DNA from: the human T2T-CHM13v2.0 reference genome, Homo sapiens
Assembly (NCBI RefSeq): GCF_009914755.1
Contig: NC_060934.1
Strand: one strand, 5' to 3'
DNA: 64,000 nucleotides
Of the stretch, positions 15,373 to 29,383 are shown one piece after another. A program made the position numbers and the translations under genes. How positions within the stretch are numbered: the stretch's first letter is position 1; every line of letters begins with the position of its first letter. The notes below the pieces were generated by a model. That model ran no database searches. It was not told where the DNA came from and was given only the letters and a program-made list of their open reading frames with translations.

Positions 15373-16779
15373 CTATGAGTGAGACAGCCTGCTTATATAT
15401 TGCCTTCTGCCTTCCAGAATATTTTTATTAGTCTTTCAAGAGAGCTAAGCATCAAATAATTTCTCAAAAAATTGTCAATGACTCATTGAAAGTTCATAGA
15501 AGCACAACAGATCCAAATTTCTCCTGTGGATAATGTATTGAAAAGTGGCAAAAGGAAAGAGAGAGAAAAGAAAAAAGAAAAAAACCTCCTTAGAGACAAG
15601 AATATGTTTTTGTCCAGGGGTCCTGTCAAATAAGAGTATGGCCTTGGCTTGTATCTTTTAGACTTCTTGCCACCACTGTGCCTTGACTGTGTGGGGGAAG
15701 AGTGTGTTGGTTCCTCGTGCAGAACTATTATTAGCATTTGCTAATTATGTAAAATGATTTCCTCTGATGACATTTTCAACAGAACCCATTACTTTAGTTT
15801 TCTTTCCTTCATAATGCTTTTATGGGCTTATAATCTTGGTGGAATTCTCAGATGCTGAGAGATGCTAAAGTTTCCTTTATTTAATCGAGGTGACTAGTGA
15901 TTTGACAGTAGTGGTTGACAGGTTTATTTTATCTGCGTGGCAGTAGGAGTCTATTTTCAGTGTGTGCACTCTGTTCCAAAGTAAAAGGACTTTACTAAGT
16001 GCTGAATAAATTGTACTTTCCTTTGATTCTAGACCTTGCTGAAATGGTTTAAAAACTCCGGTCTGGGTCATCAAATTCATCTCCTTGCTACTTTGCAGGG
16101 TCAATAGCTTCACTCTGTACAGAGCCGGGCTGGGTGGATTGGAATGGAGGGTAGTGTAGATTAAAACTTCCGCATATATATAGATAGATGTGCATGTGTG
16201 CACTCGCTGTCTGCGAGGGTGGCAGTGATGGAAGAGCAAGCCAAGTGGAATTGAAGATGGATGAATCTGTTAGACTATTACCAAGACTGGCATGGAGTTT
16301 AGCCAGGAACTTTAAGCAACCTCCTTTAAACATTTGAAATCCATAGGGGTCCATTTCCTCTCCTTTTCCTCCAAGGATGATTTTTCATTTGCAGTCTCTG
16401 AGATTGCTTTATTTCTATTCTTTGGGCAGAATTGTGGTATACTTGTAGACAGAGAAGGGCTATGAATCTGGTTTTTCTCTCCCAGAGCAAAGCAAGGAGG
16501 AAAAAATGGATTTCGGTTTTCCCCTGCCCCTCAAATAGTAGCAAACCCTACTTCTGTAAAATGAGAGGTCAGAATGACAACTCTTCCCCCAACAGACAGT
16601 CCCAATAAAAAATGATAGTAAAAACATGCTCCCTTTATCTTAACAAAATGGAAGCCTAGAATGTACAGGGTGGAAGGTTCTAAATGTGCTTATGTTTTAG
16701 AGTCCTGGGCTGTTTCTTGCCCCTTTTTATAAAGAAAAAAGTATGATATGGTCAGTAAGACAAAGATTGCTATGAGCAC

Positions 16780-17880
16780 AGTCATTCAAGAATCTCCCCA
16801 ACATGTCTTCATTTAGTACCTATTGTGTACTGAGTGTATTGTTAGGATTTGTGGAGAATTCAGAAATAGAGAATATTATCTCTATCTTCTAGGAATTTAT
16901 GGTTTGATTGAGGAGATCCCAAAAATGAAGTAATACCAACCAAACAATATATTATATATTACATAAATAAGAGCTCTATTAGTTGGTAAAAGCTGCAAAT
17001 GCTCTCAACGTTTAGAAAAGATAGCGTGCAATGTAGGTGAGACTACTCAGGCATGACTCTTTGGAGGATGTTGGCACTGAGCTTTGAAGAACATGTTAAG
17101 TGGAGAGCAAAAGAAGGGCATTCCAGAAAGATAAATGGGTAAAGATAAAGCACAAGGGCAAGAACAGGTAGAACTGATGAGAGAAAGGGACCCTGTTTTG
17201 AAAAGGTCAGAAATAAGGTTCCTTATGTAGGATAGGTCCACATTATGGCAGGCCTTGGACAGACAGAAGGGTTTATATTTTATTTAAAACCATGCTGTAG
17301 GATTATTAATCTGCAAGCAGTATCCAGGGGTAATTGGAAAGGAGAGAGCCTGGATTCAAGGAGGCCATGGTGGGATGGGATTGGAAGGAAATTGTTTCAG
17401 TCTTAGAAGCCTTAGATTTCCAGATAACCAGGTTCTGTGCCCATAGACTGTGATGCCTCCAAAGAGCAGGTTTCTAGCAAAGGTAATTTAGAAAACAACT
17501 TGGTAACAGATGGGGAAGACAGCTGGGGCCTGGATAGATACTGCCAGGAGAGCAGGAGTGGGGGCCATGCACAGGGAACCTTATGGCCACTATGGAGTTG
17601 TTGTATGAGGTTGCTGATGGTTTGGTCACGAGGGCTCAGGCATCAGAGAAACTGGACAGTCAGTGTTTTTCCTCCGCATGTTATTCAGAATATTTCTGAT
17701 GTTGGCTTTTGAAACTAAAACACAGGGCCCAGGATAATGTTACAATAATCCAGCATTCGATGATCAAGGCCTGGAGTGGCTGGCTGGCTGACTGGGAGTA
17801 CAAAAAATAAAGGAAGGAATATGAGAAACATTCTGTTGCAAACACAATAGACCGAATACTGATTATATTTCAGGGTAGAG
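16780..17880 (-). mobile_element. L2 (fragmented; interrupted by unclassified sequence at about 17400-17720)
   Basis: catttagtacctattgtgtactgagtgtattgttagg, ggcattccagaaagat, gttacaataatccag...gatcaaggcctgga. Confidence 0.6.
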
Positions 17881-18819
17881 AGAAACAGAGGACCAGAAAG
17901 CTATAAGGAAGCCAGCATGGTGTGTGGGAGGCTGTGGTCTCTGCCTGTTGCCCCTCTGTCGGTTCATCCTCATCACAGGATTCTCTCCCACCATTCATGC
18001 ATGAACTCTAATCTGGCCTGTTAAATGGAAGACCGGTGGAGTTAATGTAGTGGAGCTGTGGCAGCAGGAACAAACGTACAAAAAGCAGGCAGAGCAGCCA
18101 CAAACATTTGTTCTCATTCTAGCCTTTGGCTTAAAGATGAGCTTCATTCTCTTAAGAACTAATAAATGTCCAGGGTGTTTTATTTCTGAATCTTGGGCTC
18201 CTGGAAGGAGAGTGATTTGAAGCCAATGCTTTTGGTCTAAATTGTTCAGCCGTGAGCTCGGCCCAGTATTAACTTCCTAGTCCCAGTTCTTCTGACTCTT
18301 TTTATTTCCCTGTCTCTTGTAGAAAACTTTACCCCTGCCCCAGGTTTTTCCTCATGTAGTGATTTTACAACCTTTTTTGGAACAAATAAACAAACATCTG
18401 GAATCATGTGGCACATTTAATTAAAAAGTTTGCATTTGGCCAGAAATGGTAAAATCATGAAAAATGGCCTGTCGGTGAGCTCAAGAAGGCCAAATGATGA
18501 CGTTGTTGGCTGCAAACGGACTGAAATTGAGGGAAGTGAACACCTGCTCAGCTCGGCCTGCCGTCCTCCAGCTTCCTCCTCCAGCCATTAATATTTACAG
18601 CAGTTTCTTTATCCATTCTAATGAAATTTTTTGGTTGGGGCTGGTCTGGGGAGAGGGCTGTTACTTTTCCAATAACCTTGGATTTGTTGTGATGTGTGTA
18701 CTTTATAAAGGGTGTGGTATTGGGCTTTTTGGGCTTTTCATTTCCCTTGCTCAGAATTCCATATGCTTCAGGTCACTGCAGGGGCCTGTTGCTGTTTCTT
18801 CAATCAGTCACTCAACCAT

Positions 18820-19090
18820 GGTTTTCATGAGAGCCGTAACATGTGGAACCCTGCACCAGGGCATGTAGGAGATGAAAAAGAAGCTGTGGGCTCTGCCTTC
18901 AGGAATCCTACAGTCTAATTGGAGACAAGGTCCTATGCAGAGAAAGCAGAGGCCAAGCTAGATGGAAGAGTGCAGAGAAGGGAGGGATCTGTGATGATAG
19001 AAAGATTGGGAGGTGGCCTTGGATGAAGGTGAGAACTGAGTTGAAAGAACTTTCCCTGCGTGAGTTCCAAGTGTGAAAGGATTTAGGAAG
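18820..19090 (-). mobile_element. L2 fragment
   Basis: ctctgccttcaggaatcctacagtctaattggaga; ggccttggatgaaggtgagaactgagttga. Confidence 0.45.
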
Positions 19091-19449
19091 AGATCAAGTT
19101 GTGGATTCTTGTCTAGTTTCTGGTCATAATCTAGGTGAAAGTAGGGGGTGGATCATTTAAAGCAAGAATTAGATATGATTATTCTACATTTCCAGTTAGC
19201 TTCTCCTTTGCAAGACATAGCTAGGGTGAAGTAAAATTTAAGTTTTGTTTGCAAATTAGGATAAAACATTAAGATGATCTGGCTTTGCAGAGTGTAGTGC
19301 TCTCATATGTCTCCCACATGAGGATTTATACCGAGGATGAGATTATTCTTAGGACAAAGTGAGAAGTTTTTCTTGTTGCACAGAATACAAGGGAAGTAGC
19401 CAGGTGCTGCAAATATAGTAAGCACTGTTTAGGTTAGATCCAAAGGAAG

Positions 19450-20069
19450 TATGAACCCATAGGTATCTGAGACATGTCTCACAATAAATTTAGAAAGTTT
19501 ATTTTGCAAAGACTTAAGGATGCGCCTGTGACACAGCCTCAGGAGGTCCTAATGACATATGCCCAAGGTGGTCTGGGTATGGCATGGTTTTATACATTTT
19601 AGGAAGACATGAGACATCAATCAAATACATGTAAGATATACATTGGTTTGGTCCAGAAAGGCAGATAACTTTAAGTGGGGGGAGCTTCCAGGTTATAGGT
19701 AGATTTAAAATTTTTCTGATTGGCAATTGGTTGAAAGAGTTGTCAATAGAAAGGAACAGCTGGGTGATATAAGAGGTTGTAGAAACCAAGGCATTATCAT
19801 GCAGATGAAGCCTACAGGTAGCAGGCTTCAGAGAGAATAGATTGTAAATATTTCTTATCAGACTTAAGGTCTATGTTGATGTTAAATGCTGGTTGGCTTT
19901 TCCTGAATTCCAACAGGGAGGAGGGCATAATGAGGCATGTCCAACCCACCCCAGACTTTCCATCATAGCCTGAATCAGTTTTTCAGGTTAACTTTGGAGT
20001 GCCCTGGCCAACAGGAGGGAGTCTATTAAGATAGTTGAGGGAGGCTTAGAATTTTATTTTTGGTTTACA
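19450..20069 (-). mobile_element. MER4A solo LTR (ERV1), 4-bp TSD GAAG
   Basis: The reverse strand starts tgtaaaccaaaaataaaattctaagcc (MER4A 5' end); gaag at 19446-19449 and 20070-20073. Confidence 0.88.
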
Positions 20070-21167
20070 GAAGGATGAGTATTGTTTTGAACTAGGGTGT
20101 GGATTGGCAAGGGAGATAGAGAAATCACCATTCCCCAAGGCCTTTTACTGAAGGACATGCTCATCTCTCTTTGAGGTAGCCTGAAGGAAGTGAAATGAAA
20201 CTTAAACAATTTTCAAATCCTGACTGGATGTAATCCTGGGTTCTCTATGTCAGTGCTGGTTCAGCTTTTTCATAAAATGAAATCAGGGTTTCACCTTGAC
20301 CCTCCTGGACTTGTGCAAGCACAGGGAGATACAGGATCATGCTGGACGGAGCATAACTTCAGTTGCCAGAGGAGTTCTTAGTCCTCAGCTCTTTATTATT
20401 CTTGTGCATCTGTTTCCTTAAATACTCTCTGCAGAAGCATTAGCATGAAAATAAAAGAGTACAGCAACTTGGAATTTTCCATTTGTAGCTTCCTTAGTCT
20501 GTGGGGTCAAAGTTCTGTCCTCAGGGATGCTAATGCAAACTCTGTGTGCTGTTCCAGGGCAAATGTTTCTCAACTAAATGACAAGAGGGGGTGGGGAGCC
20601 AGGGAAATAATGCAGTGCTAATTCCCAAACACAGACTGCCCAGAGGTCCCAATTTAAATTGCTGCTTCCCCAACTCTATTCCCACCCTCCCCCAAAGGAA
20701 AAAAAAATATCCTGTGTTGTTAGGACAGACATCTGTGTGAGAGCAATAAAACAGTCTTCTCCCTTGTGGATTAGCTCTTTATTCCTTTATTTATCTTGCT
20801 ATACCTCATCAGTTTATCCTAAATCAAGGAGAGTCAAAGAGGATAAGATGCAGTCCCTTTTTTGTTTTTGATTAAGGAAACCCATACAACCATCCTCCTA
20901 CACAAATTTCTTTTCTCAAGAGATAGCTTTCCTTGTTATGTCTAATTTCTCCCCACCCCCCTTTTTTTAATCTGCCTCCTTGGAAACTCTCTGGAACTTT
21001 TATTTCATATAATGTTCAAATCAGATAATGAAACTCCTCCAGAGACAGGTTAGATAGGGCAGTGAATGTTGGCATGTCTGCATGATTCTAAAGTACAAGG
21101 GGAACTAGGATAGCAGACTTAACATATTCCATAGCCTCCATTTCTTCTTCCAAATCCCTGGAAGTTT

Positions 21168-21666
21168 ATTAATTCATTCAAGAGATATCTATAGAGCATG
21201 TTCTATGTGTCAAGCCCTGTTCAAAACATTAGAGATAGAGCTGTGCATAAAGTGGGCAAACATTTCTGCCTTCAAAGAGCTTATGTTCTAGTCAGAGAGA
21301 GGATCTATAACTAAGATAAAAATAAAACCACCACATGGTATATCGGTACTAAGATGAAAACGACAGCAGATCAAGGGCATGAGAGAGTATGTGTTGGCAA
21401 TTTAAGATCTGACAGCCAGAGAAGTCACCACTGAGAAGATGATGGTGGAGTAAAGACCTGGGGAGGTGAGGCATGGAACCCTGAGAATGTCTGAGAGAAA
21501 AGTGGTCCAGGCTGAGGAAGGAGCAAGTGCAAGGCCCTGAGGTGGGAGCGTGCTCCTGGCATACATGAAGCACAACCAAGAGGTCAGTGTGGCTGGAGTT
21601 AGTAATCTAGGGGGAGAGTGGTAGATGAAGCCAGAACAATACCAGGGGCTAGAACTTGTAGCCCAT
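21168..21666 (-). mobile_element. L2a 3' region
   Basis: ttaattcattcaagagatatctatagagcatgttctatgtgtcaagccctgttc...gcaagtgcaaggccctgaggtgggagcgtgctcctggca. Confidence 0.8.
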
Positions 21667-22007
21667 TGTTAAATGTTAAACCCAGGAGCATTAAAATTTT
21701 AAAGAATTTATTTGAGCAGATGGTGATTCATGAATCAGGCAGCACTAGATTGCACGTGGTTCAGGGCTCCACCAAGAGGGTGTGAGGGAATATTTTTTAT
21801 AAGGTGTTTGTGGAAGCCAAGACAAAGAAATTATTTGATTGGTTAAAGTGGAAAGTCCCAGTTAGAAGTTAGTTAGTGGTTTCTTGTTGGTTAAGCTTAA
21901 GTTTCATTTTACTGCTTACATTGACTTGGGTTTTGGTTTGCTTATGTAGGAATCCAAAGTGCTGGAACCATCTCAGCCTAATGGCTTCCTGATAGATTAT
22001 TTTAACA
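21667..22007 (-). mobile_element. MER93-like solo LTR (ERV1) inserted into the L2
   Basis: tgttaaa...tttaaca termini; the reverse strand reads tgttaaaataat...ggaagccattaggctgagatggttccagcactttggattcctacataagcaaacc. Confidence 0.75.
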
Positions 22008-22224
22008 CTGTTTACTGTGACTAAGACAGGAAGCTATTTCAAGGCAGAAGAAATAATAGAAATGCTGTTACCCTTCTCCTTATAGAAAAAAAAAAAAACA
22101 ATTCCCAAATGAATAACTAACTGGAAAAGAAAGAAAGGGTACTGCTTTTGATCAGAAACTATAGATTTCCTGCAAGATCACAGCCCAAAACAAATGCAAC
22201 AGAGTTTCAAAATGCAGAACCAAG

Positions 22225-22376
22225 ACCCAGCAGGGTGGCATATACCTACAAGCTCAGATATACCTGACGTAGGAGGACTGCTTGAATCCAGGAGTTTGAG
22301 ACTGTAGTGTTGAGTGATTGAGCCTGTGAATAGCCATTGTATTCCAGCCGGGGCAGCATAGTGAGACACAGTCTCA

Positions 22377-22412
<36 letters not shown>

Positions 22413-22420
22413 AAATAAAT
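22225..22420 (+). mobile_element. FAM (fossil Alu monomer, 7SL-derived) with (TAAA)n tail
   Basis: Single monomer carrying the 7SL-type segment gagcctgtgaatagccattgtattccagcc, followed by a (taaa)n run. Confidence 0.8.
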
Positions 22421-22639
22421 GGATGTAGAACTAGCTTCAGGAGTTCTCTAAGCACAGAGAAAGCTACTGGGGGCCTCATAGCAGGCAATAATTTGGGCTT
22501 CCTCAGTGGGTACAGCCACATGGGTCACATTGTCTGTATACTTCTCTCCATCCTTAGTTTAGGCATCAAGTAACAGAGCTATCTCTAAGCCAGGGCAGTA
22601 AGTATGAGTGATTGGATCAGAAAAATAAGATGGCAAGAG

Positions 22640-24840
22640 TTGGTACAAATGTATTAAGTCATAATAAATGAGAATGAACTAGACTAAAAGACAGAGCACT
22701 ACCAGATTTGGTTAAAAAAAAATGTAAAATAAAATACTTTTTCAAGAGGTGCATGTAATAAAATGACATAGAAAACTTGAAAATACTGGAATTAAAGGAC
22801 AGAAATACTGGATACCTGCTAACACAAAATCCAGGAAGAGCAATGTTAATATTAGACAAAATAAGACTCAAGATGATTACTGAAATGACAAAGAGGGTTA
22901 TTTTGTATAACTATGAAGATATAATGGGAATCTAAAACAATCATGAATCTTAATGTACCCAATGACATGGCTTTGAAATTCATAAAGCAGAAACTTCTAG
23001 AAATACCAGAAAAAACTAACAAAGTCACCATCATGAAGACTTTAGCACATCTCCTATGAAAATGACAGCTAAATGAATGGACTTTTTACAATACCTTCCT
23101 TTTGTTACATGGAAAATAAGGTGATATTCTTTAAAAACCTGTATGAAACAGTCACAAATTGGCTCATATCCACAAACTGGCTCATAAAGAAAAGTGTAAC
23201 ATGCTTCTTTCAAATTAACTGACCATAACTAAGTCAAATTAGAAATTATATTAAAAAAGGAAGACTTCCTTCCCCCTCCTTCCAAAAAAAAAAAAAAGTA
23301 AAAGAGGTAAGAAAAAGAACTATAGACTACAGAATTAGAAATAAATGAAGTTTTGGGTTTATGAGGAAATAGTATACAGTATACTTTAAGAGTAAATGGA
23401 AGTGATAACACTGTAGTATATTAAAAACTGTGGGATATACCAAAAGTCTAATTAAAGGATTTTTCCTCCTTAGAAACATAAACTGTAAAACAAGGAATAG
23501 AAGATAAAAATATATGAACTATGTTTTCATATATCCTAATTAAAAAACCAAGCAAACCTAATGACATATGGAAGGACTTAATAAAATAAAAACAATGTAC
23601 AATATACTTTATCAACAATACCAACAGATATTTAAGAAAAAGGTGAGCCTAGCAGATCAAAGTAAGAAAAAATAGAGATTGACATTTAACATTAGGAATA
23701 ATGAGACAAAAAAAACCCCACAAAGCTATTGAGCTTCATATTGATAAATCTGAAAATCTAAGTAAAACAAGTAATTTTAAGGCAATTATAGTTACCAGTG
23801 CTGTCTCAAGAAGAAATATAAGTCTAAACAGAGAAAAAAATAAGATGATAAAAGAAACTTTAAAAATAACCATATAGCCCTCAAAGAGAAGTAGCATCTC
23901 ATCTTTTATAATTTATTCCAGAAAATAAAAAATATGGAAAATTACTCTTTTTCTCTTACTAGGAATCCATAACTGACCTAAGCAATGTGAGAAAACATGA
24001 AAATGAAACTCTAGGTCAGTCTCTTTTTCAAATATGAATAAAGGAATCCTCCATGAGAAATTAACAATAAGACTTAGTAATGCATTTAAAAAATAGTACT
24101 TCCTGACCAAGTAGGGTTTATCTCAATATTGAAAGGTTAGTTTACTTTTAGAATTTATCAGTAAATGTGTCATATTGGCATATTAAAAAAGAAAATGGGA
24201 TTATATATAAGGATGATGTTACTAGTTATAAAAAGAGAGGGAGGCCAGGCATGGTGGCTCACGCCTGTAACCCCAACACTTTCGGAGGCCAAGCAGGGTG
24301 GATTGTTTGAGCTCAGGAGTTTGAGATCGGCCTGGCCAATATGGCAAAACCTTGTCTCTACTAAAAATACAAAAAATAGCTGGGCATGGTGATGCATGCC
24401 TGTAGTCCCAGCTACTTGGGAGGCTGAGGCATGAGGCTCTCTGGAGCCCAGGAGGCGGAGGTTGCAGTGAGCCAAGATCGTGTCACTGCACTCCAGACTA
24501 GGTGACAGAGTGAGAACCTGTATCAAAAAAAAAAAAAAAAAAAAAAAAAGAGAGAGAGAGGGAGAAACCTATGAAATTTAACAACCATTTCTGCTAAAAT
24601 CTCTCAGTAAACACAGAATAGATAGGAACTTCCCTAACTTGATAAAGTGTATCTACCAGAAACCTATAGCAACCTGCATATGAAAGAGGGATTTAAAAAA
24701 TTTCCATCAAAGTCTCAGAACAAGCAGAGAAGGACTATTCTACATTCCCTTGGATGTGCTAGCCAAAGCAATGAGATATACAACAACAACACAGAGCGCA
24801 ATAAAGATTGGGGTAAATTCAGCATTATTTGCAGTCAATA
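22640..24840 (+). mobile_element. Highly decayed L1M ORF2 segment (endonuclease to RT region), split by an Alu
   Basis: A-rich strand; relic motifs taaatgagaatgaacta, caatgttaatattagacaaaatagac, tgaccaagtagggtttatctca, ggaacttccctaacttgataaag. Confidence 0.7.
24243..24549 (+). mobile_element. Alu (AluJb/old S-like), poly(A) followed by (GA)n
   Basis: Full dimer; ggattgtttgagctcaggag; agagagggag flanks. Confidence 0.93.
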
Positions 24841-24852
24841 TTATGACTTAGA

Positions 24853-24950
24853 CCAGGAGTAGGCAAACTTTTTCTGTTAAGGAGCAGATAATAAGTATTT
24901 TAGGGATTGTAGGCCAGAAGACATCTGTGACAATTACTCAGTTTTGCCCT
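24853..24950 (+). mobile_element. MER58 (hAT-Charlie) 5' fragment
   Basis: caggagtaggcaaactttttctgttaaggagcagataataagtattttaggg. Confidence 0.7.
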
Positions 24951-25519
24951 AATAACATAACAGAACTAAGATCCATTATATCTGTAGTAAAATATATAAA
25001 TATGCTTAATTCATGTATTTTAAAGATTTTCAGAGTGAATTATAAGGCAAAACCTAATGCTCTGTGTTGTGGAAGAGAAACAGAAACAAACTGACTCAGG
25101 AAAGTTAAAATAAAAGGATGGACAAATGTGAATAAAAAGAAAGCAGGTGTTGTAGTCGTTATAGTGTTTTACAAGGTAGAATTCAAGCAGAACAGTAAAT
25201 GAGGCAAAGAAAGATGCCTGGTACTGAAGGTTGAAATTCATATTAGAAATAACTATTACGAATAGCTATATAGCAAAATAAAGTGCCAATATTCATGATG
25301 GAAAAATCATAGGCTATGAAAGGAGAAATTGAAAAATATACTAGTCTTAGGGGATTCTCCTTCACCTGTCTCATTTACTGACAGATTAAGTGGGGAAAAA
25401 ATAAGGATATGAAAGACAAAAATAGCAAAATTATTAAGGTAGATTTGATTAAAACATATCAAACTCTGTACCCTAACAATATAGGATATGCTTCTTTTCA
25501 AGTCAACATAAACACTCAT

Positions 25520-26086
25520 TGTTATTCCAGTTAGTACGGCTGTGTAACAAATTACCCTCAAATTTAATTCTATGAAAGAATGACTTATTATATTCAGATT
25601 CTGTGGGTCAGGTATTTCAAGAAAGGATAGTAGGAATGGCTTATCTCTGTAATGCCTGGGGCCTCAATAAAAGACTTGAAGCCTGGGAGCTAGAATTATC
25701 AGAAGATTCATATGTTCATGTTTGGTTGTTGATGCTGGCTGTTGGCTAAGGGCCCCCCTTTCCCTGCATGTGGGCCTCTCCATGTGGTTTCCTTTTGTTG
25801 GCTCATTTGGGCTTTTCATAGCCTAGTAGCAGAGTTCTAAGGGTGAGAGTCCCAAGAGACAGGAAGACCCAGGCAGAAATAATAGAATCTTTTATGACCT
25901 CAGAAGTCATACAGCATTACTTTGGCCATATTCTGTTCATTACGGTAGTTACAAAAGTCCTGCTGCTCATGTTCAAGGGAAGGGCAAATAGACTCTGCCT
26001 GTTCATGGGGAGTGGCAAAATTCTGGAAGAGCATGTGGGACCAGAAGTATTGCTCTGACTGATTTTGGCAAATACAGTATTCCCCG
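25520..26086 (-). mobile_element. MLT1H-like MaLR LTR
   Basis: ggctgtgtaacaaattaccctcaaattta...cagattctgtgggtcagg...gagcatgtgggacc...tttggcaaatacag. Confidence 0.75.
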
Positions 26087-26945
26087 GTAATATACTGACT
26101 GGATCACAAACAAAATTTCAATAAATTTCAGTAGATAGAGGTAGTACAATAACACTGAGATCATAATATAATAAAACCAGAAATAACAAAATTAGATTGC
26201 AAAAAAGCCCTCTACCCAGAAATTTTCTAGTACTCTTACATTTCAAGTCAGAGATAACATATATGGTTAAGAATTCCTGGGGGATTAAAAACAAACAAAA
26301 AAAAGATAACATATAAGCCTAAACTGTAGAATAGCTAGAGAAGTATATTAATGAAACCATTACCTATGAGAATGTATAGATAGATTTAAGATAATTATTA
26401 GAGGAAAATAGATAGCTTGAAGTACATATATTAACTTGAAAAAATAAGCAAAAATTGTAAAAGATATATTAAGCATCTGACTCAAAAACAATATCAGCCT
26501 CATAAATCAAAGGAAAGTGGAAGGGAGGAAGTTTTAAAGTTAAAAATAAATATTAATAAGATAGAATACAAAAAGTATAATAGACCAAAAGTTAATTTTT
26601 TTGAAAAACTAAATTATTAACTATCCCAATCAAGGAAAAATAAAGAAAATGCAAATATACAAAATAAAAAAATAAAAAGCCATAGAAACAAGAGAAAACT
26701 AAAATAATCCTAAGAAGAAACTGTGTTTAATTCTGTGCAAATATCTGAAAATCTACATCAAGTGGATAATTTTGTAGGAAAATATAATTTCCCAAAGCTG
26801 ACCCCAGAAGAGATAGAAGATTGAAACAGTTTGATTTCCACAGGCAAAATAAAGTTCATAAAGACCTATCACTTCTCCCACAAAAACACCAAGTCCAGGT
26901 GGTTTTACAAGGAAATTTTACCAAACATTAGAAGAGTAGATACTT

Positions 26946-27160
26946 ATAGTATTCTGCTAAATGTTTAACAACCGGGTCTGGGGGCTGGAGCAGGGAGTAA
27001 AAAAAACCCTGATCTGTACTGTTTGCTGATTTCTAAGCATAAATATTTCTGTCATAATTTATTTCAAGCTACCTGTGTGACATCACTTAAAGTGAAGATG
27101 AGAAGAGATGTGCAGATAGGCTGTTGTGAGTCAGTACAAGCTGGCTTTTGCATAACATGG
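26946..27160 (-). mobile_element. MER63A (hAT-Blackjack)
   Basis: taaatgtttaacaaccgg...aaaccctgatctgta...tttcaagctacc...gacatcact...agaagagatgtgca. Confidence 0.75.
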
Positions 27161-27830
27161 AGCTGATCCCAATGCTATTTAAACTGTTGCAGGGTATGGA
27201 AGTACTACTTTACTCTTACAGAAGTATATTTACAGAGTGAAGAAGTACTTCCAAATTTCTTTTGTGAAGTACATAAGGCCTTTACAGAAACACTGATAAG
27301 GGCTTTATAGAAACACTGATAAGGATTACAGAGAAAATAACTGCATACTCACTCCAATGTTAACTATAGGTGCAAAAATGCTAATTGAAAGAATTACAAA
27401 CAGAATCTAGCAGCATAAAAGCAGAGTAAAACATCATGTCCAAGTAACATTTATTCCAAGTATTCAATGAAATTTCAATATTAGGATACTCATTTATTTA
27501 CTTTTTTTAGTAGATCTGATGATGAAACCCATAATTATATGGATGCCAAAAAGGCTTTGGCCAAAAATTTTATAGCCATTCTTGATAAAAAGCATTCAAA
27601 AATAGATGTGTACTTCCTTAATATGAAAAAACACATCCATCTCAGTCCAAAAGCCAACATCAAACTTAGAGGCGTTCCTGTGAAAGTAAGGACAAAACAA
27701 GATATCTGTTACTACCTATTATTTAATGTTTTACTAGAAATACTAACCAAAGCAATTAGATATGAGAAGAGATTACAGGCATCAAAGTGGAAAGCCTATT
27801 ATAAAAGTTTCATGTTTACAGGTGATTTTT

Positions 27831-28133
27831 TTTTTTTTTTTTTTTGTGAGATGGAATCTTGCTCTGTTGCCTGGGCTGGAGTGCAGTGGTATGATCTTGG
27901 CTCACCTCAACCTCAGCCTCCCAGGTTCAAGAAATTCCCCTGCCTCAGTCTCCTGAGTAGCTGGGATTACAGACCCGTGCCACCACGCCTGGCTAATTTT
28001 TTTTGGTATTTTTAGTAGAGATGAGGTTTCACCATGTTGGCCAAGCTGGTCTTGAACTCCTGACCTCAGGCAATCCACCCTCCTCAGCCTCCCAAAGTGC
28101 TGGGATTATAGATGTGAGCCACTGCACCTGGCC
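27831..28133 (-). mobile_element. Alu (AluSx-like), TSD aggtgattttt
   Basis: Full dimer; direct repeat at 27820-27830 and 28134-28144. Confidence 0.95.
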
Positions 28134-28962
28134 AGGTGATTTTTGCACTTGGAATTTAAGGGAAACAACTAAAAATCTAACAAAATAATTCAGTGAGAAA
28201 GTAAAATATACAGTGAATATGCAAAATCTTTAGACTTTTTATATTGAAATGAAAGCCTGTTAGTATTTTGAATGAAAAACTTCATTTACAAAAGCAACAT
28301 AAAAGATAATAAATTGGGAATATTATAATCAAACATTAACAAAAATATACAATATCTCCAAGAAAAAAAACCCACAAAAACCTTCTAGAAGGGTGTGCAC
28401 AAGAATTCTTGACATTAAGAACAGACATTCGTATTATTTTTAAGGAAAACTCAAGATCATAAATATGTCATTTACCTCTTTGTAAATTTATAAATTCATT
28501 ATGAAATCATGTAACAAAGCTTTTTTTCTTCCGTTTTAAACTAGAAAAACTGAATCTAAAGGTCATGTGGAAAATATGCAAAGATAATAGCTGGGATTAT
28601 TTTTAAAAAGAATTATAATGAGGGAAAATCAGCCCTATTGGATATCAAATATATTATGGAATGTTAATAATTAAAACAATGTGGTACTGGCACAGGACTC
28701 CCCAGAATAATGGAATAGAATAGGTAGTCTAGAACTAGACTCAGTTACATGTAGAAATTTGTATATGGTAAAGTAGTATCTTAAATAGGTAGGGAAAAGA
28801 TGGGCCATTCAGTATAAGTTTGGGGGACATATAATAGGTATTTGGAAAAAAATTTAGATACATACCTTACACCTTACAGCAGGATACGTTGCAAATGGAT
28901 TAAAATTTTAAGTGAAAAAAAAAAAGAAATCATACAAGTACTGAAAAAAAAGCATAAGATAA

Positions 28963-29383
<421 letters not shown>

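Noticed and set aside
22225-22420. 7SL RNA gene
   Set aside because: Heavily diverged, lacks most of the S domain and has an A-rich tail, so it is a FAM retroposon
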